32,865 nucleotides of DNA from Deltaproteobacteria bacterium (GCA_017889845.1 JAGGAJ010000003.1:1-32865); one strand, 5' to 3'; shown: positions 6,993 through 17,436, counted from the stretch's first letter. Numbers and translations are program-made. The notes: generated by a model from the letters alone, not told the origin.

Positions 6993-8105
6993 TTGGCCCG
7001 ACCCACGGTAGCGGAGATTCGCCTCTCCGCCCTCCAGCAGAATTTCCAAGCCCTTCGCGACCTGCTGCCCCGCTCGACGGGGATCCTCGGCGTGGTCAAG
7101 GCGAACGGGTACGGCCACGGCGCCGTATCCGTAGCCCGCGCTCTCGAGGCGGCCGGGGCGAGGATGCTGGGGATCGCAACGGTGGATGAGGGCGTGGAGC
7201 TGCGCCGTGCGGGGATCCGCCTTCCCCTGGTGGTCCTGGGCGGCGTGGATCCGCCGCAGGCGGAGGAGGCGCACGCCCACGGCCTGTCCGCGGTGCTCTT
7301 CGACCGCGCGCAGACCGGCTACCTGGCCCGCGCGGCCGGGAAGGCCGGGCGGGCCTTTCCGGTGCACGTCAAGGTGGACACGGGCATGGGGCGCCTGGGT
7401 ATCCTCCCCGGGGAGGCGGCCGGCCTGCTCCGGGACCTCGCGGCGGAGCGTGGGCTCCGGCTGGAAGGATGGATGACCCACCTCTCCTCCGCGGACGGCT
7501 CCGCGGCCGCGGACCGGGAGTGCACGCGGGAGCAGTTGCGGACGTTCACCGAAATCCTCCCGGCGGTGCGCGCCGCCTTCGGGGAGAACGTCGCCGCCCA
7601 CGCCCTGAACAGTGCGGGGATCCTTTCGCACCGCGAGGAGCCGTTCGACATGGTCCGCCCCGGCATCGCCCTGTACGGCTGCTCCCCGCTGGCGGGGGAC
7701 GCGGGCGTCACCCTGCGCCCGGCGATGCGCATCGTCACGAAGATCGTTTCCCTCAAGGAGCTGCCGGACGGCCACGCCGTCAGCTACAATCGGCGGTACC
7801 GGTGCGCCGGTTCGCGGACGGTCGCCGTGGTGCCCATCGGGTACGCCGACGGGTACCGCAGGGGGCTGACCGGGCAGGCGCGGATGGCTGTGGGGGGAGG
7901 GACGGCGCCCGTGGCGGGAACGATCTGCATGGACCACACCGTGATCGACGTGACGGGGATCCCCGGGGTCGGGATCGGCACCCCGGTGGAGGTGATGGGG
8001 GAGGCCTCCCTCTCCGCCTGCGAGATGGCGCGGCTCTGCGGCACGATTCCGTACGAGATCCTCACCCAGGTGGGGGCGAGGATCCCGAGGGTCGCCGTTG
8101 ACTGA
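6993..8105 (+). CDS. alr: Alanine racemase
   Basis: VVKANGYGHGA PLP-lysine motif, HVKVDTGMGRLG, VRPGIALYG, PIGYADG, GTICMD, GTIPYE. Likely TTG start at 6993 (GAGGT SD; RPTVAEI N-terminus). Confidence 0.95.
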   Translation: MARPTVAEIRLSALQQNFQALRDLLPRSTGILGVVKANGYGHGAVSVARALEAAGARMLGIATVDEGVELRRAGIRLPLVVLGGVDPPQAEEAHAHGLSAVLFDRAQTGYLARAAGKAGRAFPVHVKVDTGMGRLGILPGEAAGLLRDLAAERGLRLEGWMTHLSSADGSAAADRECTREQLRTFTEILPAVRAAFGENVAAHALNSAGILSHREEPFDMVRPGIALYGCSPLAGDAGVTLRPAMRIVTKIVSLKELPDGHAVSYNRRYRCAGSRTVAVVPIGYADGYRRGLTGQARMAVGGGTAPVAGTICMDHTVIDVTGIPGVGIGTPVEVMGEASLSACEMARLCGTIPYEILTQVGARIPRVAVD

Positions 8106-8895
8106 ACAGAAACGCCGGAACGGCGCAGCCCTCGCCGCCGAGCGCCTCGGCGAGCGGGTCTACGCCATGGTGCAGGAGCTGGGGGCGATCTTCACGCTCT
8201 TCCTGCAGTTCCTGTCATGGATGCCGCGGCCCCCCTCCGAGATCCGCAACATCCTCAAGCAGATGGAAGAGGTGGGGGTCCGGTCGATGCCGGTGGTCCT
8301 GGTGACCGCCACGTTCACCGGCATGGTCCTCGCGCTCCAGAGCTACTCGGGATTCCAGCGCTTCCAGGCGACCAGCTTCGTGGGTTCCGTGGTCGCCCTC
8401 TCCATCACCCGCGAGCTGGGGCCGGTGTTCGCGGGGCTGATGGTCTCCGGGCGCGTGGGGGCGGCGATGGCCGCCGAGCTGGGGACGATGAAGGTCACCG
8501 AGCAGATCGACGCCCTGGTGACCCTTGCCACCAACCCCGTGAAGTACCTCGTGGTCCCGCGCGTGGTGGCCGCCACCCTCGTCCTCCCCGTGCTGGTCGT
8601 CTTCGCGGATCTCGTGGGGATCCTCGGCGGCTACTTCGTGTCGGTCTACCTGCTGGGTTCCAATCCGTACGTGTACGTCGCGAAGACGTACCAGTACCTG
8701 GAGTTCAAGGACATCTACACCGGCCTGGTCAAGGCGTCGGTCTTCGGCATGCTGATCGCCCTCATCTCCTGCCACCACGGCTTCGTCGCGGAGGGGGGGG
8801 CGGAGGGGGTCGGAAGGGCCACCACGAGGGCGGTGGTCGCCTCCTCGATGATGGTGCTCATCTCGGACTACTTCATGACTTCGTTCATGTTCTGA
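8098..8895 (+). CDS. mlaE: MlaE family ABC transporter permease
   Basis: RELGPVFAGLMVSGRVGAAMAAELGTMKVTEQIDAL and GGAEGVGRATTRAVV. Confidence 0.95.
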   Translation: MTEQKRRNGAALAAERLGERVYAMVQELGAIFTLFLQFLSWMPRPPSEIRNILKQMEEVGVRSMPVVLVTATFTGMVLALQSYSGFQRFQATSFVGSVVALSITRELGPVFAGLMVSGRVGAAMAAELGTMKVTEQIDALVTLATNPVKYLVVPRVVAATLVLPVLVVFADLVGILGGYFVSVYLLGSNPYVYVAKTYQYLEFKDIYTGLVKASVFGMLIALISCHHGFVAEGGAEGVGRATTRAVVASSMMVLISDYFMTSFMF

Positions 8896-8917
8896 GCGGG
8901 GAGGGAGCGGCGTTCGG

Positions 8918-9727
8918 GTGATCGAGATCCGGGGCTTGAGCAAGCGGTTCGGAAAGAAGGTGGTCCTCGACGGCCTCGACCTGACGGTGCCGAAGGGGAA
9001 GAATACCGTCGTCATCGGCGGCAGCGGCACGGGCAAGTCCGTGCTGATCAAGTGCGTGGTCGGCCTGCTGCGTCCCGACGCGGGGGAGATCCGGATCGGC
9101 GGCGAGGACGTCACCAGGATGGACGAGCGGGAGCTGGTGCGGGTGCGCCGCAAGTTCGGGATGCTCTTCCAGGGCTCGGCGCTCTTCGACTCCCTGGACG
9201 TGGGGGACAACGTGGCCTTCGCCCTGCGGCGGCTGAAGATGTTCCCGGAGCGGCAGATCCAGGACGTCGTGGAGGAGAAACTGACGATGGTGGGGCTCCG
9301 GGACATCCAGCGCCTGATGCCCTCGGAGCTTTCCGGGGGGATGAAGAAGCGCGTGGGTCTGGCCCGGGCGATCGCAGCGGAGCCCGACATCCTGCTCTAC
9401 GACGAGCCGACCACGGGTTTGGACCCCATCATGGCCGACGTGATCAACGGCCTGATCGTCGCCCTGCGGGAGTCCCTGGGGGTGACCTCCATCTCCATCA
9501 CCCACGACATGGCCTCCGCATACAAGATCGCGGACACCATCGCCATGCTGTATAAAGGTAAGATCGTCGAGGTGGGCACCCCGGCGGAGATCCGCGGCTC
9601 GTCGAACCCGGTGGTCCGGCAGTTCGTGGAGGGGCGGGCCCACGGGCCCATCACGGCGGAGAGCGAGGAGTTCGTCCGGTTCGTCCGACGCAGGGACGGG
9701 GCGGCGGCCGGCGAGGAGGAGCGGTGA
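8918..9727 (+). CDS. mlaF: MlaF family ABC transporter ATP-binding protein
   Basis: Walker A GGSGTGKS, FQGSALFDSL, PSELSGGMKKRVGLARA, LYDEPTTGLDP; located between mlaE and the MCE gene. Confidence 0.95.
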   Translation: MIEIRGLSKRFGKKVVLDGLDLTVPKGKNTVVIGGSGTGKSVLIKCVVGLLRPDAGEIRIGGEDVTRMDERELVRVRRKFGMLFQGSALFDSLDVGDNVAFALRRLKMFPERQIQDVVEEKLTMVGLRDIQRLMPSELSGGMKKRVGLARAIAAEPDILLYDEPTTGLDPIMADVINGLIVALRESLGVTSISITHDMASAYKIADTIAMLYKGKIVEVGTPAEIRGSSNPVVRQFVEGRAHGPITAESEEFVRFVRRRDGAAAGEEER

Positions 9728-11247
9728 TGTCCAGGGAGGCCCGCGTCGGGATCTTCGTCCTGGTGGGACTGCTGGTCCTGACGTATTTCACCTTCCGCGT
9801 CAGCAAGTGGGGGCTGATCGCCGAGAGAGGGTACAAGCTCACGGTGGACTTCGAGACCGCCGCGGGGCTGGAGCCCAAGGGGGACGTGAAGATGGCGGGG
9901 GTTCCCATCGGCAAGGTCGAGGACATCCAGCTCGTCGGGAACCGCGCCCGCCTGGTCCTGCGGGTCCGCCCCGAGGTGCGCATCCCCGTCGACTCGGTCG
10001 CCTCCATCCAGACGCAGGGACTCCTGGGGGAGAAGTACGTGGAGATCCTCCCGGGGAAGGATCCCCAGCGGATGCTCCCCGCGGGCGGGCAGGTGACCAA
10101 CACCCTGACCCCGACCAACCTCGACGAGATCGTCCGCAAGGTGGAGGGGATCAGCGAGGACGTGAAGAAGTTCACGTCGACGCTCGCCGAGACGTTCGGC
10201 ACGGAGGAGGGGAAACAGGCGCTGGGGGACATCCTGCGGGACGTGCGGACCGCCACGGCCTCCCTGCGGAACGTAGTCGAGGGGAACGAGGAGCGGTTCG
10301 ACCGGATCCTCGTGAACATCGACCGCCTCTCGGGGGACCTCTCCGACATCTCCTCGGCGAACAAGGAAGACGTCCGCGTCGCCATCGCCAACCTGCGCGC
10401 CTTCTCGGAGACGCTCAAGACCGAGACCCCCCAGCTCGCCCGCAAGCTCGAGGCGATGAGCGACAACGTGAGCGTGGTGGTGGGGGAAAACCGGGAGAAC
10501 CTGAAGGAGAGCATCCAGAACCTGAAGACCGCCTCGGCGAAGCTGGACAACACCCTGGACGCGGCGGGCAAGGTGATTACGCGGATCGAGCGGGGCGAGG
10601 GGACCATCGGCAAGCTCGTCAGCGACAACACGGCGTACGCCTCGCTGACCGACACGTTGGACGGCATCAACCGGTACGTGCGGAAGTACGACGCCCTCCG
10701 GATGACCCTGGTCCCGTGGGTCGAGTTCCAGACCCAGAGCTCGGACTGGAAATATTACCTGAACCTGAAGATCCAGCCGACCGCGGACAAGTACTACCTC
10801 GTGGGCGTGGTCAACGACCCGAAGGGGAAGCGCACGGAGACCACCACCGTCACCTCCGTCAACGGCGGGACGCCCGTCGAGACGCAGCAGGTCGAGCTCT
10901 CGAACAAGTGGCTGTTCAACGCCCTGCTGGCGAAACAGTTCTCCCGGGTCACCCTGTACGGGGGGATCATCGAGTCCGCGGGGGGCCTGGGGCTCGAGTA
11001 CGAGATCGCGAAGAACCGGTTCAACGTCGGGCTGCAGGCGTACGATTTCAACCGCCCCGGCGACAACCGCGCGCATTTGAAACTGTACGGCAACTATGAT
11101 ATCGTCAAAAACCTTTTCATCACGGGCGGGGTGGACGACTTCATCAACCGCGAGTCGCAGTTGCGGACCCCCTTCATCGGTTTCGGGATCAAGTTCCCCG
11201 ACGACGACCTGAAGACCGTGGTGGGAGCCGTACCCCTCCGGCCGTGA
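9727..11247 (+). CDS. mlaD: MCE/MlaD family protein with long helical region and predicted C-terminal beta-barrel
   Basis: N-terminal TM, MCE motifs AAGL...V.MAGVPIGKV and GLLGEKYVEI.PG, about 200 aa of heptad-like helix, then alternating aromatic/hydrophobic strands. TGATG overlap with mlaF. Confidence 0.9.
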   Translation: MSREARVGIFVLVGLLVLTYFTFRVSKWGLIAERGYKLTVDFETAAGLEPKGDVKMAGVPIGKVEDIQLVGNRARLVLRVRPEVRIPVDSVASIQTQGLLGEKYVEILPGKDPQRMLPAGGQVTNTLTPTNLDEIVRKVEGISEDVKKFTSTLAETFGTEEGKQALGDILRDVRTATASLRNVVEGNEERFDRILVNIDRLSGDLSDISSANKEDVRVAIANLRAFSETLKTETPQLARKLEAMSDNVSVVVGENRENLKESIQNLKTASAKLDNTLDAAGKVITRIERGEGTIGKLVSDNTAYASLTDTLDGINRYVRKYDALRMTLVPWVEFQTQSSDWKYYLNLKIQPTADKYYLVGVVNDPKGKRTETTTVTSVNGGTPVETQQVELSNKWLFNALLAKQFSRVTLYGGIIESAGGLGLEYEIAKNRFNVGLQAYDFNRPGDNRAHLKLYGNYDIVKNLFITGGVDDFINRESQLRTPFIGFGIKFPDDDLKTVVGAVPLRP

Positions 11248-11293
11248 CGCCGTACCCCCGAACGCATCCACCGTGAAAGAAGGGCAGCAGACC

Positions 11294-12847
11294 ATGGCGA
11301 GAATCCACCGGGCGATCATCAGCGTATCCGACAAGGCCGGAATCGCGGAGTTCTGCCGCGCCCTCTCCAGGCTGGGCGTCGAACTGTACGCCTCCGGGGG
11401 AACCGCGAAACTCCTGCGGGAGAAGAAGGTCCCGGTCCGGCTGATCGAGGAGTACACCGGCTTCCCCGAGATGCTGGACGGCCGGGTGAAGACGCTGAAC
11501 CCGAAGATCCACGGCGGGCTGCTCGCCCTGCGCGGGAACCGCGAGCACATGAAGACGATCGACGCCCACGGGATCCTCCCCTTCGACATGGTGGTGGTGA
11601 ACCTGTATCCCTTCGAGGCGACCGTCGCGAGGCCCGGCTGCACCCGGGAGGAGGCGATCGAGAACATCGACATCGGGGGCCCCTCGATGCTGCGCTCCGC
11701 GGCGAAGAACTGCCAATCCGTCGCCGTGGTGTGCGACCCGGCGGACTACCCGGACATCCTCGCGAAGCTGAAGAAGAACACCGGGAACATCGACGGGGAT
11801 ACCCTCGCCGGGCTGGGCCGCAAGGCCTTCGCCCTGACCGCCCGGTACGACGCGGCCATCTCGAACTACCTCGGCGGCGGGAGCGACCCGTTCCCGGCCA
11901 CCTTCACCTCCCAGTGGCGGAAGGCTCAGACCCTCCGGTACGGCGAGAACCCGCACCAGGCCGCCGCCTTCTACGCCGATTCGGCCATCCCGGACGAGCC
12001 CACCCTCGGCGGGGCCCGGCAGATCCAGGGGAAGGAGCTCTCCTACAACAACATCGTCGACATCGACGCGGCGCTGCAGCTCGCCCTCGAGTTCGACACC
12101 CCCGCGGCCGTCATCATCAAGCACACCAACCCGTCCGGCGCGGGGATCTCGAAGCGGCGGCTGGTGGACGCGTTCAAGAAGGCGAGGGAGTGCGACCCCG
12201 TCTCCGCCTACGGGGGGGTGATCGGATTCAACCGCGCGGTGACCGGCGAGACGGCGCGGGAGGTGGCGAACACCTTCTTCGAGGCGATCATCGCACCCTC
12301 CTACGACAGGGACGCCCGGAAGATACTCTCGGCGAAGGCGAACCTGCGGGTGCTGGAGACGGGAGGCGTGTTCCGGTGGTCCGGCCGGCCGACCTTCGGG
12401 ATGAAGAAGGTCAGCGGCGGGCTGCTGATCCAGACGGGCGACCGCCACGCGCTTGACCCGAAGGATCTCCGGGTGGTGACCAGGCGCAGGCCCACCGACG
12501 ACGAACTCGAGGCGCTGCTGTTCGCCTGGAAGGTGTGCAAGCACGTGAAGTCGAACGCCATCGTCTACGCGATGAAGGACCGGACCGTCGGGGTGGGGGC
12601 GGGGCAGATGAGCCGGGTGGACTCGGCGAAGATCGCCGTGATGAAGGCGCAGTACCCCACCCACGGCACGGTGGTGGCGTCCGACGCCTTCTTCCCCTTC
12701 CGCGACGGTCTCGACGTCGCGGCGAAGGCGGGCGCCACCGCGGCGATCCAGCCGGGCGGATCGGTCCGGGACGCGGAGGTGATCGCCGCCGCGGACGAGC
12801 ACGGGATGGCGATGGTGTTCACCGGCGTCCGGCACTTCCGGCACTAG
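11294..12847 (+). CDS. purH: Bifunctional AICAR formyltransferase / IMP cyclohydrolase
   Basis: [61 protein letters not shown]. Confidence 0.97.
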   Translation: MARIHRAIISVSDKAGIAEFCRALSRLGVELYASGGTAKLLREKKVPVRLIEEYTGFPEMLDGRVKTLNPKIHGGLLALRGNREHMKTIDAHGILPFDMVVVNLYPFEATVARPGCTREEAIENIDIGGPSMLRSAAKNCQSVAVVCDPADYPDILAKLKKNTGNIDGDTLAGLGRKAFALTARYDAAISNYLGGGSDPFPATFTSQWRKAQTLRYGENPHQAAAFYADSAIPDEPTLGGARQIQGKELSYNNIVDIDAALQLALEFDTPAAVIIKHTNPSGAGISKRRLVDAFKKARECDPVSAYGGVIGFNRAVTGETAREVANTFFEAIIAPSYDRDARKILSAKANLRVLETGGVFRWSGRPTFGMKKVSGGLLIQTGDRHALDPKDLRVVTRRRPTDDELEALLFAWKVCKHVKSNAIVYAMKDRTVGVGAGQMSRVDSAKIAVMKAQYPTHGTVVASDAFFPFRDGLDVAAKAGATAAIQPGGSVRDAEVIAAADEHGMAMVFTGVRHFRH

Positions 12848-12859
12848 GGAGGGAACGGC

Positions 12860-14146
12860 ATGGGCCTGACGGTACTGGTCGTGGGAGGCGGCGGGCGCGA
12901 GCACGCGCTGGCCTGGAAGATTTCCCGGAGCCCGCTGGTGTCGAGGCTGTACGCCGCGCCGGGGAATCCCGGTATCGCCCGGCACGCGGAGTGCGTGCCG
13001 ATCCCGGTTGCGGACCTCCAGGCGCTGCGGGACTTCGCGGTTTCGAGGAAGGTGGACCTCACCGTCGTCGGGCCCGAGGCGCCGCTGGCCGCGGGTCTCG
13101 CGGACCTGCTGGCGCGGGAGGGGCTCCTGGTGTGCGGGCCGGACCGGGCGGGCGCGCAGATGGAGGGGTCCAAGGTGTTCATGAAGACCATCCTGGCGAA
13201 GTACGGGATCCCCACCGCCGCCTTCCGGGTGTTCGACGAGTACGACGACGCGGAGCAGTACGTCCTGACGCACCGGCTCCCGGTGGTGATCAAGGCGGAC
13301 GGACTGGCGGCGGGCAAGGGCGTTGCGGTGGCCCAGACGTACGAGGAGGCGGTGGCGTTCCTCAGGGACGTGATGGAGCGCCGCGTCTTCGGCGACGCGG
13401 GGAGCCGCGTGGTGATCGAGGAGTGCCTCGCCGGCGAGGAGGCGTCCTACATCGTCTTCACCGACGGAACCAAGGTCGTCCCCCTCCCGTCCTCCCAGGA
13501 CCACAAGCGGATCGGCGACGAAGACCAGGGGCCGAACACCGGCGGCATGGGCGCGTACTCCCCCGCGCCCGTGGTCACGCTCCGGGTCGAGGAGCGGGTG
13601 CACCGCCAGGTCTTCGAACCCCTTCTGGCGGGTCTCCGGAAGGAGGGGATCACCTTCCGCGGCATCCTGTACGCGGGGCTGATGATCGAGAACGACATCC
13701 CGCGGGTGCTCGAGTTCAACGTGCGGTTCGGCGACCCGGAGGCGCAGCCGCTCTTCCTCCGGCTGAAAAGCGACCTCGTCCCCCTCCTGCTGCAGTGCGC
13801 GCAGGGGAAGATCACGGACGCGGGGATGGAGATCGACCCGCGGCCGACCGTCTGTGTGGTGATGTCCTCCGGCGGATACCCGGGGGGCTACACGAAGGGG
13901 TTCCCGATCGAGGGGATCGTGGAGGCGGAGAAGGAGGACGGCGTCGTCGTGTTCCACGCGGGGACGGCGACGGTGGACGGCCGGCTCGTCAACAGCGGCG
14001 GCCGGGTGCTGGGCGTCACCGCCATCGGCGATTCCCTGAAGGGCGCGATCGACCGCGCCTACCGCGCCGTCGGGAAGATCCACTGGGAGGGCGCGTACCA
14101 CCGGACGGACATCGGCCGCAAGGCCCTTCGCCGAGGGGCAGCGTGA
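12860..14146 (+). CDS. purD: Phosphoribosylamine--glycine ligase
   Basis: GGGGREHAL, VVGPEAPL, KADGLAAGKGV, QDHKR, GPNTGGMGAYSP, EFNVRFGDPE, GGRVL. Confidence 0.97.
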   Translation: MGLTVLVVGGGGREHALAWKISRSPLVSRLYAAPGNPGIARHAECVPIPVADLQALRDFAVSRKVDLTVVGPEAPLAAGLADLLAREGLLVCGPDRAGAQMEGSKVFMKTILAKYGIPTAAFRVFDEYDDAEQYVLTHRLPVVIKADGLAAGKGVAVAQTYEEAVAFLRDVMERRVFGDAGSRVVIEECLAGEEASYIVFTDGTKVVPLPSSQDHKRIGDEDQGPNTGGMGAYSPAPVVTLRVEERVHRQVFEPLLAGLRKEGITFRGILYAGLMIENDIPRVLEFNVRFGDPEAQPLFLRLKSDLVPLLLQCAQGKITDAGMEIDPRPTVCVVMSSGGYPGGYTKGFPIEGIVEAEKEDGVVVFHAGTATVDGRLVNSGGRVLGVTAIGDSLKGAIDRAYRAVGKIHWEGAYHRTDIGRKALRRGAA

Positions 14147-14634
14147 TGGAGGGGAAAGTGCTGATCCTCATGGGGAGCGCCTCCGACGAGGAGACGATGC
14201 GCGAGGCGGCGAAGGTCCTTGACGGGTACGGGATCTCCAGCAGGATGACGGTCGCCTCCGCCCACCGGTCTCCCGCCCGCACCCAGGCCCTCGCACGGGA
14301 CGCGGAGAGGGACGGGTACGCGGTGATCATCTGCGGGGCCGGCATGGCCGCCCACCTGGCGGGGTGCGTCGCCGCGGAGACGGTCCTCCCCGTGATCGGC
14401 GTTCCCCTCCCGGGCTCGGCCCTGTCGGGCCTCGACGCCCTCCTGTCCACGGTCCAGATGCCGGGGGGGGTGCCGGTGGCAACGGTGGCGATCGGGAAGG
14501 CGGGGGCGCAGAACGCGGGGCACCTCGCCGCGCAGATGCTCTCCCTTTCCTCTCCCGGGCTTCGCGAGAAGATCCGTACCCGCCGCAAGGCGATGGCCGA
14601 GGCGGTGGAGGAGGCGGCGAAGGGGGTTTCATGA
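14146..14634 (+). CDS. purE: N5-CAIR mutase
   Basis: MGSASD, VASAHRSP, GAGMAAHLAG, PVIGVP, LLSTVQMPGGVPVATVAIG; TGATG overlap with purD. Confidence 0.96.
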   Translation: MEGKVLILMGSASDEETMREAAKVLDGYGISSRMTVASAHRSPARTQALARDAERDGYAVIICGAGMAAHLAGCVAAETVLPVIGVPLPGSALSGLDALLSTVQMPGGVPVATVAIGKAGAQNAGHLAAQMLSLSSPGLREKIRTRRKAMAEAVEEAAKGVS

Positions 14635-14719
14635 TCTCCCCCGCTCCGGAGCGCTCCCCCCGTTTCCCGCACCCGGCGGACCTCGCGGGGCGGGCCCGCG
14701 GTGCGGCGGGGGTCGCCGG

Positions 14720-15388
14720 GTGACGCGGCTTGTACGCCTCGACGTCGACCGGGTCGTCTACCTCCCGCAGGAGGTGGTCGCGTCCCTCAAGAGCGGCGGG
14801 ATGGTCGTGTTCCCCACGGACACCCTCTACGGGCTGGGAGTGGACCCGACATCGGAAGCGGGGCTTGCCCGCCTCTTCGCGATCAAGCGGCGCGAGGGCG
14901 GGAAGCCGATCCCGCTGCTCCTCTCCGGGACGGAGGCTGTCGACCGGTTCGCGCGCCACGTGCCGGAGGGAGCGGCCCGGCTCATGGGGCGGTACTGGCC
15001 GGGGGCCCTGACGATCGTCCTCCCCGCCGAGGAGGGCGTGGACCGGACCGTCACCGGCGGAGGAGACACCGTGGGCCTTCGCGTCCCCGACCACCCGGTG
15101 CCGCGCGCCCTCGCCCAGGCGCTGGGCGGGGCGATCACCGGGACCTCGGCGAACCGCTCGGGGAACCCGGGAGACTGGGGATCCGCCGAGGAGATCGTGC
15201 GGGAGTTCACGGGCGAGGCAGACTGGGTCCTGTGGGACGGGAAGGTCCGGCGGCCCGCGGCCCGGGGGGGCGGACCCGGGAGGCCCCCGGGATCGACCGT
15301 GATCCGGATGACCGGTGACCGGCCGGTCCTGCTGCGGGAGGGTGTCCTTCCGTTCCGTGACATCACCGAATTCCTGGAGGGAGGGTGA
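14720..15388 (+). CDS. tsaC: L-threonylcarbamoyladenylate synthase (YrdC/TsaC)
   Basis: FPTDTLYGLG, K.R...KPIP, WPGALT, GLRVPDHP, TSANRSG, STVI...LLREG. Confidence 0.92.
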   Translation: MTRLVRLDVDRVVYLPQEVVASLKSGGMVVFPTDTLYGLGVDPTSEAGLARLFAIKRREGGKPIPLLLSGTEAVDRFARHVPEGAARLMGRYWPGALTIVLPAEEGVDRTVTGGGDTVGLRVPDHPVPRALAQALGGAITGTSANRSGNPGDWGSAEEIVREFTGEADWVLWDGKVRRPAARGGGPGRPPGSTVIRMTGDRPVLLREGVLPFRDITEFLEGG

Positions 15389-15395
15389 CCGGGCC

Positions 15396-16724
15396 ATGGC
15401 CGTCGTGAAGCCGTTCCGGGGTATCCACTACGACGTGAAGAAGGTCGGGGACCTGACGAAGGTGGTGGCCCCGCCGTACGATGTCATACCGCCCGAGGAG
15501 CAGGAGGCGCTCCACCGGCGGCACCCCCGGAACATCGTGTGGGTGGACTTCGGCCTCGCGCGGGAAGGGGACGGCCCCGCGGAGAACAAGTACACCCGGG
15601 CGGCCCGCTGGTTCCGCGAGTGGCAGGCCGAGGGGACACTCGTCCGGGACGCCGCCCCCGCCCTCTATTACTACGAGCAGGAGTTCTCCCTCCCCGGGAA
15701 GAAGACCTACGTCCGGAAGGGGTTCCTGGGAGCCCTCAGGCTCTCCGCGTTCGGGGAGGGGGAGGTGTTCCCCCACGAGCGGACGCTTTCCCGGCCGAAG
15801 GAGGACCGCCTTGCCCTGATGCGGGTCACGGACGCCCACATGAGCCCCATCTTCGGGCTCTTCTCCGACCCCGCCGACGAGGTGCTGAAAAGCCTCCGTT
15901 CCGGGATGGCCGCCGTGCCGGACCTCTCCGCGGTCGACGACCTCGGCGTGAAGCACCGGGTCTGGACCGTCACGCAGCCGAAGGCGTTGCTGGGGGCGGT
16001 GGAGAAGATGGCGGGCAAGGGGGTGTTCATCGCCGACGGGCACCACCGGTACGAGACGGCGCTGGCATTCCGCGACGAGATGCGCCGGAAGCACGGGAAT
16101 ACCCCCGCCGCGGCGTACGAGCACGTGCTGATGTTCCTGTGCAACATGGACGACGAGGGGATCGTCATTCTCCCCACCCATCGCGGGATCCACTCCGTGC
16201 AGGGTTTCGACCCCGAGGCGTTTCTCGCGAAGGTGCGGTCCCATTTGCCCGTGGAGACCCGCAGCGGATCGCCCGAGGACGCGATGCGTGCGGTCGACGA
16301 GGCGGGCAGGAAAGGGAAGGCGATCGGCTGGAGCACCGGCGGCGGCCGGTTCCATGTGGCCACCTTCCCGGATCTCCGGGGTTTCTGCGACGCGCGGCTG
16401 GCCAGGTTTCCGCCGCAGCTGCGCCCGCTGGACGTCGTGCTGCTGCACGGATTCCTCCTGGAGGAACTCCTGGGGATCTCTCCCGAGGCGGTGACCGCGG
16501 GGCAGTTCGTGAAATATTACAAGGAACCGGCGAAGGCCGCGGCGGACCTCTCCTCCGGGGCGATCCAGGCCGGCTTCTTCCTCAATCCCGTGTCGATCGC
16601 GGAGTTCCGGGACGTATCCCTTTCCGGGCACGTCCTCCCGCAGAAGGCCACCTTCTTCTACCCGAAGATCGGGACGGGGCTCCTCATCTTCCCCGTGTCG
16701 GGAGATGACCGCGTTCCCGGGTAG
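15396..16724 (+). CDS. DUF1015 family protein
   Basis: MAVVKPFRG, APPYDVI, PHERT...KEDRL, IADGHHRYETA, ILPTHR, PQKATFFYPK; GGAGG SD. Confidence 0.9.
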   Translation: MAVVKPFRGIHYDVKKVGDLTKVVAPPYDVIPPEEQEALHRRHPRNIVWVDFGLAREGDGPAENKYTRAARWFREWQAEGTLVRDAAPALYYYEQEFSLPGKKTYVRKGFLGALRLSAFGEGEVFPHERTLSRPKEDRLALMRVTDAHMSPIFGLFSDPADEVLKSLRSGMAAVPDLSAVDDLGVKHRVWTVTQPKALLGAVEKMAGKGVFIADGHHRYETALAFRDEMRRKHGNTPAAAYEHVLMFLCNMDDEGIVILPTHRGIHSVQGFDPEAFLAKVRSHLPVETRSGSPEDAMRAVDEAGRKGKAIGWSTGGGRFHVATFPDLRGFCDARLARFPPQLRPLDVVLLHGFLLEELLGISPEAVTAGQFVKYYKEPAKAAADLSSGAIQAGFFLNPVSIAEFRDVSLSGHVLPQKATFFYPKIGTGLLIFPVSGDDRVPG

Positions 16725-17436
16725 CCCCGGCCTCCTCGTCATCCACCAGCCGGAGAGGGGGTACCGGTTCTCGATCGACTCGGTCCTCCTCGCCGGCTTC
16801 TCGGCTCCGCATTGCCGCGGCCGTGTCCTCGACCTGGGGACGGGATGCGGCATCGTCCTCCTCCTCCTGTCCCGTCTCGCCCCCGATATGGATTCCGGCG
16901 TCGGCGTCGAGATCCAGCCGGCGTTATGCGCGTTCGCGGAGAGGAACTTCCGGGAGAACGGACCGGTCCGGCGGCTTCGTGCGGTCCGGGGGGATTTCCG
17001 GCGGGAGGAGAATGTTGCCGCCCCGGGAACGTTCGACCTCGTGGTGGCGAATCCCCCGTACGGGCGTGCCGGTCACGGACGGCGCAACCCGCACCCGCAA
17101 AGGGAGGCGGCCCGGCACGGAATCCACTGTTCCCTCCGGGAACTGTTCGAGGCGGCGGAGCGGTATCTCGCCCCCGCCGGCAGGCTCGCCCTGATTCTCC
17201 CGCACGGCCGGCTTCCGGAGGTCCGGGACGGTGCCTGGCAGGTGGGTATGGGGATCGGGGAGATGCGTCCGGTCCACGCACGGAGGGGAGCCGCTCCGTC
17301 CCGTGTCCTTCTCCTTCTGGCCCGCGTGGCGGGGGAGCAATCCCGGGAACTGCCGCCGCTGTACCTCCATGAAGGGGAGGGGAAGTATTGCCCGGAGGTG
17401 GAGCGGATCTGCCGGTTATTCCGCGGGGGGACGTGA
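16705..17436 (+). CDS. tRNA1(Val) adenine-37 N6-methyltransferase-like (YfiC/TrmN6 family)
   Basis: Q...GYRFSIDSVLLA, LDLGTGCG SAM motif, NPPY catalytic motif, ARH. Confidence 0.85.
   Translation: MTAFPGSPGLLVIHQPERGYRFSIDSVLLAGFSAPHCRGRVLDLGTGCGIVLLLLSRLAPDMDSGVGVEIQPALCAFAERNFRENGPVRRLRAVRGDFRREENVAAPGTFDLVVANPPYGRAGHGRRNPHPQREAARHGIHCSLRELFEAAERYLAPAGRLALILPHGRLPEVRDGAWQVGMGIGEMRPVHARRGAAPSRVLLLLARVAGEQSRELPPLYLHEGEGKYCPEVERICRLFRGGT

Noticed and set aside
11248-11293. ZTP or purine riboswitch before purH
   Set aside because: The gap is only 46 nt with no consensus elements.
12535-14634. Apparent long fusion ORFs from the track (699-aa ending in PurE, 403-aa ending in DciA, 671-aa ending in RfaE2, 633-aa ending in ProA, 506-aa ending in NadD)
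   Set aside because: The upstream parts overlap real genes in other frames; true starts lie at stop/start overlaps.
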